Of a stretch of DNA of 64,000 nucleotides, positions 15,001-25,400 are shown piece by piece. The stretch's first letter is position 1; the number at the start of each line of letters is the position of its first letter. Origin of the DNA: Tubiluchus corallicola (lineage: Eukaryota; Animalia; Priapulida); contig JAQGDQ010000054.1 of assembly GCA_030141605.1 (NCBI GenBank), forward strand, positions 62,001 through 126,000, given 5' to 3'. A program made the translations under genes and the position numbers. Under the pieces are notes generated by a model, which was given only the letters and a program-made list of their open reading frames with translations, searched no databases and was not told the origin of the DNA.

Positions 15001-18000
15001 TATTTTATATTGTGTTACCTTTTTCTACCTTTTCGATTATCAGTCCGAAGTTCTTACTATATGATGCTTAGTCTGAGCATGAACATTCTGCATCACGTAG
15101 TGCATATTGGAACATTATAAGATTTTGTCTTATGATTTAACTTAAGATATCATACTTTTTAATGTGCTAAGCCAAAAGTGTTCATTTAAAATTTACATGG
15201 CTGCAGAAAACAGATGCTGTGTGGAACAGCAGAACTCATCGGAATTATGTCAGGACAGACTCATGAAATCACACATTTACCCAGCAGTAAATTTGAAATT
15301 CAAAATTATAAACTCACAGCCCCCAATTTTTTTATTATATTGTCAGTGTCACACATCCCTGTAGTCATACAACTTTTCCTTTGCAAACACATATGAATAG
15401 CTAATATTAAAGGTTTCTGCTGTTATAAGCATTTTTCCAGCTGTGACATTTTTGCAAGCTGTGCCAGCTTTCCATTAATTACATTTCTAAGATCATATCA
15501 AATTATCAGAAACATTCTGCTAATTATTGTAGGTAAACTAGGGGTCAAAATGAGGTATGTTTACTGATTCACTTCAGCATTTACATTATAATTAATGTTA
15601 TTGTTACAGAACTATAGTTTGAAAATTCTTCTGCTTTCCTTAAATTTGACTTCATTTTCTGCTACATTTCTGCTGCTAAAAACCAAAGTGTTGTCATAGC
15701 CAGTGCATTATAGCTTAAAATATATATCTTTTTCTTTAGATACTGAAAGCATGTTTTTTATTTTTTTAGGTGTAATAGCATTCCCTCGAGTAGATGTCAT
15801 CAGACTGGACCCGTACCATGGCGGAGTGGCGGTTGCCGTTCTTGCGGCGGAGATTATTACGGCATTATTCTTCTTCTACTTTACCGTCACAACACTGAGA
15901 AAGCTTTATAAGGAACGAAAAGAATTTTTCAAAGTATATTAACATCTTTGGCCAAACTGAGATATATATATATATATATATATTAGCATTAGAAATTGAG
16001 TTTTTTTATTTTTAATGCTGTTTCATGCACTCTTTGTTTGCAGGTATTTTGGAATGTAATGGACTGCATTGTTATCGTGTTGATTCTGGTTGCCATTATC
16101 ATTTACGTGTATCGACTCGTTTCGGGAAATACGACCACGAATCAATTTCGAGAGAATCCTGAAGAGTTTATTAATTTCACAAACATGGCTTCGTGGCATG
16201 AAGTACGTGTTTTAGATTTTAATGCACTTCACTTTTTATGTTACAATAAGTAATACAGTGTGGAAAAATATTTGCAGGAATAGGTAAATAATACACACAT
16301 ATACATATGGCACTTATATATACAACTTATACTGCACATTATTTATATAATTTTTGTCAGTGTACAACTGCAAGACCTATCCAATATAGATGCTTGTGGC
16401 AGGACCGTAACCTATTTCACTGTCAAGAATAATTCTTTAAGACAATACTACTGGACCTGCAGAGGTGTTTTAGATACCTTTGGTTATGTTTGCATCCTCC
16501 CTCACCTAGGTAAACATAGGCAACAAGTGATATGAAACCTCTCAGAACAAGTATTGAACCCTGCGGTCACCCGTATTTTTACTGAGAAGCATTGTTTAAT
16601 TTTGGTCACCAAGTACATGTATTCCACTATGTTTTGAGCCTGTGCAAGCAGTTCTTTTGTGATGAAGTGTTTATTGTTTAGTAGTTGTGGTAGTAGCTGA
16701 TGCAGGGAAGCCAGCACATTTTTATGTATTGATAGGTATTTGACATGTCAGATGCTTGGAAATATTTGGAAGCTAAACATTTCCGAAATTAAACACCAGC
16801 GTCATAAGTATCTCCAATCAGCTATTTTCCGGAATGTTGTTATGAGGATAAATGCATTATTTTGAATATTAAAAAAGGGCTGGAAAATGAGTGTTTCTGC
16901 CGATGCACAAGTGTTAATTTTTGCTTTATATTAGCTAGAAAAAGTTATCAATGTTTTTGTTTCAGACATATTCCCAACTGATTTCTTTCATCTTGTTCAT
17001 TGCCTGTGTTAAACTGCTCAAACTGCTCGAGTTTAATAAACGCATTGCATCATTTGGACGCACTCTACGCGTTGCTATTAAACCACTCATCAGCTTCCTC
17101 GTCGTCTTTGCTGGCTTGTTTGTCCCATTTACAATGATTGGAAACTTGGTGTTTGGCAAAGTGTTACCGGTCTACTCTTCTTGGGGAAAAACTTTTGAAG
17201 GGTTATTCGTCTTAATGCTGGGTTAGTACTCATTACATAGAACCGTTTATTTTTCTTATTGATTATTACTTGTATGTCCGTGTAATTAACATCGTCTATA
17301 GTTGCAGAAATTCGTTATTTAAACTGGCCAATATATTAAAGCAGTCGAAGTGTATCAGTGGTTCTGTGTAGCAGTTTTCTTATTTACAGTCCGAAATATT
17401 CTTTTTCACATGATATAACTGTGGAAAAAAGCTTAAAATACAAAAAAATAAAAATGTTACTAGCGTATTATTTTAGAAAGTTGTGTGCCTGTTCAGAGAT
17501 GCAGACTTGGCCTTGTCTTGCTTTAGTCATAAAAGTTATAGCTTTGGTCATGGTCTTTTGTTTCTACTATTCTGAGCATAAGGTTTGAGATATAAGGCAA
17601 GACCAAGTCCATATCTTTCCAGATCAGCTTTAGACACTTGAAAGCTAAACTTATAACTTATTAACAAAGTACGTAACCTGCCTTTAATTTCATTCATCTT
17701 GGTGGCTTTGATTCTCTTAACTGTTTTATTTAACATTCTACTAATAATTATAATAAACAAATAACAACATCAACAACAATGACAAAACAGCATCAGCAAT
17801 GACCATAACACTGATAATAGCTTATATACAGGTTGTCAGGAAATAATGCTCGTTGTACTCACAGTTTTCACTTGTACATATAAATGTATTTTTTAATATT
17901 CTAATAACATTTCTGATTTAATCTGCTTTTTAAAATTCTTTCCACTCCTTATTGTCAGAAATCAAAAATTAATGAAGCTGTTGAAGAATTAAGCAAAGAC

Positions 18001-19198
18001 ACAGTTCTCATTGAGAAACCAACATGAATCATACCCCTGTCCATTTATGGGGGGCAATCATTTCCTGACACCACTTACATTGATTATGTTTTTAACAACG
18101 CTAAATCACCATTGAGCAAACTCAATTATGTTTGCAGGCATATTTGAAAACTTTGTATGTGCTTCACTAACAAACAATGAAATATATTTTGTGCAGATGC
18201 TGAGAAAACATATTCCTAGCTGATATGATTTAACACAAATTTACTTCATCTCTTTATATTTCAGATAAGAAGAATTTTGATAAATTAGAGACCGCAAATC
18301 GACTGTTTGGTCCCATATTTTACTTTACATTTATGACCTTGTGCACCATAATGTTAATTAATCTTGTACTTGCCGTTGTTATACGATCATTTGCTCAAGT
18401 GCAAGCTGAAAACAAAAACTCCCGTAACAAGTATGAATTAATCCAGTTCATTATGGCTCGTATGAAGCGATTTCTAGGTCTTAGTACAGGTTACAGACGA
18501 CACGAGGCGAAATTACGCTACGTTGAAGGTTAGTTTGATTGAAAATTTCTGAAATTAATTAATCTTTTAATTCCAATATTCTAAAATTGAGCTTAAAGGA
18601 GATCTTTAGAAGTTTGCATGGCAACACATTTTCGGGAGTTTTGGTAATAAGGTTTTCTGGTTTTATCAGGTTGTCTGCATGACCAATGTTTTTTTTTCAG
18701 TAACAGTTTTTGTGGTGTATCATCAACAGTAAGCTAAGCCTGTCCAAACCAAGGTCGAATTGTAGTCTCCCATTTTTCTAAGCATTTAGCACAAGTTCAT
18801 TTTCTTGGACTGACTGTCTATGGAAAAGTATACAGTTCACGTTTACAAGTTGAAAATTTAATTGACTGTATTTTTGCAATTATTTGTAATTTCTTCTGTA
18901 TTAGGAAGAGCTTGGAATACATGAAAATGGTACACAAGTGTATAAAAACATAGCCATAGTAATAATGAATAGTTTTGTTAGTTGTGCTATATGCCATTGG
19001 TAGCTAACACGATGATGTATATTTTTAGCTGTTGACCCAGTTGACGAGCAGGTGTCTGAAATGAAAGAAAAAGTGGACATCATGTTAGACAGACTCATGG
19101 AATACATGAAAGCTGCCAAGTCAGAAGACAAGGCAGCATATAGAGATGTTGATTTAGATGAACCACTGCACATCAAGAGAAAAATTCATGTAGCTTAA
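19..19198 (+). CDS. Polycystin-1 family (PKD1L2/REJ-like) GPS-PLAT-polycystin channel protein; 5' end lies outside the window
   Basis: Phase-consistent exons: 19-325, 1191-1377, 2153-2328, 3225-3271, 3427-3539, 3696-3923, 4883-4970, 5631-5787, 6566-6698, 7529-7816, 8984-9121, 9355-9509, 9785(or 9668)-9983, 10948-11168, 12393-12594, 13597-13759, 14125-14244, 14340-14618, 15770-15933, 16044-16202, 16966-17221, 18265-18528, 19029-19198 (TAA); about 1400 codons. Motifs: GPS CEYY..W..EG..CVACHLTAF, TM1, PLAT (YEMTVYTG; RIWHDNSGKSPGWY; DRWLAVE), DDHIWFSVF..SRFTRVQR, LPWW, GPVRFRQLRV, YWGGGY, WWIDQRTRAVF..FEFPATGG, polycystin S1-S6 helices and a C-terminal coiled coil. The exact paralogue is uncertain. 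Confidence 0.93.
6832..7468. mobile_element. Kolobok-like non-autonomous element
   Basis: TTAA on both sides, AGG...CCT termini, and imperfect TIRs AGGTACAGACAT versus AGGACAAGACAT. Confidence 0.55.
9510..9784 (+). other. GC-AG intron in the polycystin gene
   Basis: The donor AAG|GCAAGT is phase 2, and both good downstream acceptors (9667 and 9784) need phase 2. Read-through hits TAG within 6 codons. Confidence 0.78.
10270..10664. mobile_element. Tigger/pogo-type MITE
   Basis: TA flanks. Termini TACTGTGTACTTCGCTTAATAAATCC versus reverse-complement TACAGTAAAGTTTGCTTAATAAATCC (21/26). Internal GGATTTATTAAG repeat. Confidence 0.75.
15962..15983. repeat. (AT)n microsatellite
   Basis: Directly visible in a short polycystin intron. 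Confidence 0.9.
17829..18075. mobile_element. Tc1/mariner-type MITE
   Basis: TA flanks. Inverted repeat CAGGTTGTCAGGAAATAATGC versus reverse-complement AGTGGTGTCAGGAAATGATTGC. Confidence 0.6.
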
Positions 19199-19228
19199 TC
19201 ATGGCAAAAAAAATGGAAAGATGTTGTC

Positions 19229-19780
19229 TAGTGGTGGGGCATCAGTTTCGTATTCATAATTGATTAATCAGATATAAAATCGATTCAGTTATCGATTATA
19301 GTCACTTTTCAAAATTTCTGAAAAATGAGGCTTTGAATGCAACAGTTTTTTATTTATACCATTGCTGTTTTAATTACAATGTTGGTAGAAAAAGTAAAAA
19401 GTGTAAAGTAAAAAATAAGTTTTAAATGAGTTTATTTTATGAATTTGAAGTTTACAAAACAGTCTAACGTTGTCGCCGTTTGCATGCTGATATGTACTTA
19501 CCTTTGTTACATAATCACGTTCTTGTGCTCATAACAAACCTTCGTGTGTAATCAGCATTGCTAGGGTGATAAGTTACTGCAAAAGGTAGCACTATATTGC
19601 TTGATTCACTTCAAATGTGGCTATGTTTATCCATCGATTTTTGTGAGTTTTCCAAAATATAAGTGCAAATGGCATTGGTATTGCAATCGGTAATGTGCTG
19701 GTACAGCTGAGAAAAATAATTGATGATCGAAAATGAAAGTCCAATTCAATTTTAGTCGATTAAACGCCCTCCCACCACTG
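19229..19780. mobile_element. hAT-type MITE just downstream of the polycystin stop codon
   Basis: Perfect 8-bp TSD ATGTTGTC (19221-19228, 19781-19788). TIRs TAGTGGTGGG and CAGTGGTGGG. ATCGAT-like subterminal motifs at both ends. Confidence 0.88.
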
Positions 19781-22489
19781 ATGTTGTCAGAGCTGTTGGA
19801 AATGCGAATAGAATACCCAGGGGGAGTGTGAAATTTGAAAGACTATCAAATTAAATTATTTAACATGATTTTTCTGTATGAAATAGTTTCAATAAGTTAC
19901 CTCGCATAGTTGTAACAAAATCCATCCCACATGAAGCTTGACTACTATGATTTTGAATTCAGTAAAGCGATTTTACCATTATATGAAATACAGAACATAT
20001 TACCCAAAGTGCAATGCAAAATCTGTGTATTCAACAGATAGTGTTGCATTCCTTTTATTAATGGTTTTTTTAACAGGTGCCTAATTGACTGGAATTTTTA
20101 CTTTATTTTCCATCAAAGTTGTGCTGATTCAGTATTTATATCAGTGATGGACACGTCAATCTGTAAATAAATGACAACGATTGAATTTCATTGGGGAATA
20201 GCAAACGCCAAATGATTGGCTCCTCGTTTGAACATCCAAAGCTTCATTTTTCATAAAACGAACTGCATTTGTATGTACTTTGAAACTGTTGTTAAAACAA
20301 ATCGCTTACAATGCAGCACTTAGCACAGTTAATCAATTGTATGGATATATTTATTATTATTTATTTTATTTTAATAAGCTATAGGCTTGATGTATACTAG
20401 GCAATGAACCAAAAATGGTATTTGCAAAATGTTATTGTGCAGTATAAGTGATAGACTGACAAAACGGCAAAAATGTCGTGCATATAGTTTGGTTGGATTT
20501 GTGATACCTGTCTGTGATATGAAAATTATGTTATGAAAGTTAAACTTCTTTGCTATATTTTTACGTTTAGAAATTTAAAGTGGAAGTAATAAAATAGTGA
20601 GCGAAAATTTGTGTGCATTTGCTGAAATACTTCTATACAACGTACAGCACAGGTAACAAACAAAGTGCTTTTGAAATTTAGTACAACATGCACAATTTAT
20701 TAACCACATTTTTATAAATACTCGTTAGAAATAACTTGAAAAAATTTTCTAGAAAGAAGAGCAACCATTACAATGCAGCGCCAAATTTTGCAATAATTAA
20801 ATCATATTTATAGCGAAACAATACACAACTATACTGTATGAATAGGTATAAATCTTATTCATATTCAAGTTACAACAGGCATTGCATCTTCCTGTTAAAA
20901 TAATTTTTAAATTTTTGCAGAGGGAAGTAGATTTAATTGTTAGTCCAAAATTGCATTGCTGAATCAAATCTTTTTCATTAAATCATGTCAACGTCCTTGT
21001 TATTGTAATATGATGATTGTAACTGTAATTGTTATATTGATCTTTAGTTTCGTATGTATCCTCAAGATTGTTAGTGAAAATACCAATGTAATGTGATGCA
21101 TCTTGTTGCACAAGTAATCCAGAAATGCACATGTCTGCAAGGTGAATGCATTTAGAATTCTTTATGTACTTTAAGTTCAAAGTAGTATTGCATAACGACA
21201 GCGACAGAGCTGGCAAATTTCTCACTTAAATACCGGACTTTTGTGTTGTGAAGATGTTCATTTGTCATAAGAAGCAAACTGTCTTTACACTTGAGATGTA
21301 TTGCCCGTCTACAAGCTCAAGTTACTGGTCACTACATGTGATATTAATCTAAGAAATATACTGTAATGATTCAGCCCTACCCACAAGAAAAATGATTGAA
21401 TAATATTGGCCACTGTAAACACAATTACGATTAACAAAAAATATGGTGGACAAAAACATGATACCAATAAAGTTTAACAAAGATTTGCTTATGTATCTAT
21501 ACATAATTATTATTGCATTATTGCACTAAATCAGCAAAAGCGATTTTGTAGTTACTGCGTGCACTATCACTTCATAGTGTTAATAATGAAACAATGTTAC
21601 AATAGTGAAGTGGCACCCAGTTTTGCAATTTTTCAACATCAAAACAAGTTTATTTTATCTGAAAAAATGTATAACAGTAATGAACACAATGTCACTGCTT
21701 CAGTTCCAGCAAAAACAGGAAAATTGGAGCCAAGAAGATTTTACACGAAACAACTATAATTTTGATCACGAACATTTAGTTAATATAAATTCATACAAAT
21801 TTTATGAAAATTGCTAACACAAACTATAAAAATGACATGCATAATACATATTTGTGACTCAGTTATAAACTCGTGGTTACAGTTGTCTAAGAGCTGATAC
21901 ATAACCTACCAATATGTAAATTCTTAAATATACATAGTATTTTTACAACTTTACAAGGGTAACCTAGCATTTTTTTGATTTGGCTCATTTTTATGATACA
22001 ACAACAATAACAACATCACATGAAGATTATAAAATGCAGCTATTAGCTAACAAGTTTTTCCAGTTTCATTTATAAAATAACTAAAGAAAAATAAATTTTA
22101 GGAAGAAATTCAAACAATGAATTATAAATAAAAAATGAACTGAATTTTTTCTGAAAATGCAGAGGATGGTAAGTCCTCTTCATGAATGAAGCAATTTTTC
22201 ATGCTAAAACTAATTCCATAAAGTACAGCAATTTAGAAAAAAATAACCAAGCTTTGTTGATGAAAATACTTTATATTGACGAACAAAGAAGTTAATACAT
22301 GGCTTAAAGGTCCACACCTTTTATTATACATTCCTATCTGAAAACAAACACTGAACTACATGTAGAGTAAAAACTCAAAAACACACTTTATTATGTTAAT
22401 ATTAGGACTCATTGGCCCAGTAACCTTATCTTAGAGTAACTAAATTATACGGATAAGTGCTTTACCATAATACATCCGTCACATCGGTA

Positions 22490-25400
22490 CTATCGGGCCG
22501 GCATAGAGATCCGCTTCAACTTCCGCTTTTTCTTATCGTCCTTGTCCGTCTTTTTATCTTGATCTCGATTAACTCGGCCGAATTTGCAGTCACGTTTAGA
22601 GCGATGGGAATACGTTCGTAACAGATATCCCCGACCACTCGAAGGAGGCTCCGTTATTCTTCAAAAAAGATAATAATAATAAATTTACAGCTCAAGAGTT
22701 AGACAGTACAAGAAAAGAAAAGCAATCACATGTAACTGAAACAAATATTTCCTAGCAGACACATTTACAGTGCTATTCCAACAGGATATGTATTCTTTCG
22801 TGACTGAGTTCATAATTCTGTGATGCCTCATAGAAGAAAACATGTCACAATTGCAAGTTTTCATGCTTTCAATAGTTATGCTACATGAAACATATTCAGA
22901 ATACAAACATGCAAAATTGTCAATAAACCATTAATAACTAACAAAAAATGTTACAACTTAAATCAGTTGAGTCAAAGCAGTCCTCCTTGGGGAAATCCAA
23001 TAACGACTATGTAAATCTGCATGTACCTGCAAGATGCTGTGCCTTCTTCTGAGTGCGATCTTTCCAATTTTTTCTTTTCGATGAGTGCACGTTCTCTCTC
23101 TTTGTTTTCCCGTTTCATCCAGATGACTACAGGAGAGCTCGACGTGTCCGAGTCCTCTGCTGACTGCCAAGCAGATCGATTGTTAAATTCCAGTGCTTGA
23201 GGGCTATCCGCCTGTGGCTGTCTTGAAACAGTTTCTGTTTGAAAAACATGTACACAAATGACCAAAATGTAATGACAAAAAAGGAAAAAAATTTGGTGAC
23301 ATGTCTAGTCATGCTGTCTACGGGACCTGCAAAGGTTCTTCAAACTTGGTATGCAACAAGTCGAGCAACTACATTTCTCACAAAAAATTGTGGTAATGTA
23401 AACGTTAATGAAATTAAAAAATGATTAAATATTAAATGAAACATGATTTTTTGCTTATTATTGCTTGGAACAAGATTTTTAAAATCTGAACAAATACGAG
23501 AGTAGAAGTACGAGAATGGACACAAATGAAAATGCCTCTTTTTTCAGTTAAAATAGCAGCTTCCAACCACTACACAAGTTATTGGAAACATAGCATTGTC
23601 TTTATATACAACTCAATTGGAATAAGAAAAATTTTTGAAAATCACTGACTTTCACTGTTCGTTTCTTAGCACTTGTTTTCTAACCCACATAGACAAGTAT
23701 TTTCTCGTGTGAAATGAATTATCTTCTAACTCTGATTCAGGTAAAAAGGCATCTAATAGCTCAATAAAATCTGGCATTCTGCATAGTAAAACTTGATAAT
23801 TTACAATGAGAACGTGTTCGCTTGACTCAACAAATGTCATTTAATCAATTTCATGTACAATGAGACATAACTATAAATATAAGACATAATGCTAGACATA
23901 TATTATTAAAACCTCTACTTTCAAAGTACAGTAATCTGCATATCTAGGTCATTGTAACAAGTTTGCAACTTTTTTCACATTTCAAATTCAACACTTGTAA
24001 GTTAAATGAAAGTGCACAAAATGCATTACAATACCTGTTTTGTTAGATCCATTCTTTTTCCTACCACTAGAGCGACGAAATAACATCCCCAATGGAGACT
24101 CAGCACGACACTTTCTCTCTGATTTTACTTCTGTTTGTGCTCGGCTTTTAAACTTCTCCGTAACTGGTATTTCATCTGGAAACTGCATCTGTATGTCAGC
24201 AGTATGACTAGTGGAGGGTACAGGTACAGATGGAAAATTACTTGGACGTACTTGAGGGGTGATTTCATCAGAGGGTAAACATCGATTTACCTTGTCCATT
24301 GGTGTTGGTCTAAGTACTTGATAGACACTGGTTGGATGATGTGTGACAGCCGGGGGTCGGAATCCACTGGTTGATGGTTGACTAGAATACAAGTTAACTG
24401 GCTCTCTGACTAAATTTTCCATACAAGGTGCAGAAGAACATGACACTATGGCCTTTGTGGCAAAAGGACGAACAACTACTTGTGGCGAACCGATCTCGGT
24501 GACTCCACCAACAGCACCTTCAGGCTCGGCATTGTCATCAGCCAAGTTGTTACGATTTATTTCAATTGTAGAATTAAGATGTTGTTGCGTTTTAAATGAC
24601 TTTTCTGAATCCACAGCTTCGGAAGTCAGACATTCCATATTAGAGCATGGAAATTTCTCACATTCTGCAGCTTTGCCATCAAAGTTTGCCAGGCTGGTTG
24701 ACATTTCATCAGAACTTTCTTCTTTTGAAACATCGGTGATGATCTTTCGGTTTATGTTGCGCAGTATGCTTTCCGAAGTGTGATCAAGTGTTTGGTCAAA
24801 TTTGAACAGCTGTTTGGCTGTCTTAAGATCTTCTTTTGGGCTTCGTGTACGCAAGTTATTACTGTAATCTAGATCTTTATCTTCAAGATCTTTTAAGAAG
24901 AAACTCTCAAATTGTTTTCCTGGCAAAACTAGAGTATCTGGCATGTTTCGCTGTTCAACCAAATGACTAGATGAAGGCAAGAGTTTTTCACGTATCGCAG
25001 ACAATTCCTCATCAACACTTTCTAATTCAGGGTCTGGAACTTGAAATTCTAATTTTGGTAAAGAATCTTTTTGTACTGCATCATCTTCATTGCTCAGCAT
25101 GCCATCACTATTATCAGGAGCCCGCTCCTGAACAATTTCAGTATTACTAGGTTCAACATCCGGCTGGTTATTTGCATTTTGTAATGTGCTATCATTTTGT
25201 GCCACTGCATTTGGGAATGATTCTTGGAGAGACAGTTGAATTGCAATTCTCAGATCGGGATCATCATCAGAATTCTCTGAAAAAATTATAAAATGATGCA
25301 CATTATCATAATGGCACAATTTTCATTACCATGTAGACGACATTATAACTAGGCAAGCTTGAAACACAGCTACAAACAACAACAAAACTGAAATAAATTC

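Noticed and set aside
16659-16700. C-box GTGATGA with a downstream CTGA (snoRNA?)
   Set aside because: The spacing is too short and there is no terminal stem.
24448-24783. 111-aa plus-strand ORF, and similar ones at 27725, 18901, 16962, 7579 and 39873
   Set aside because: Antisense shadows of real exons or of the transposase.
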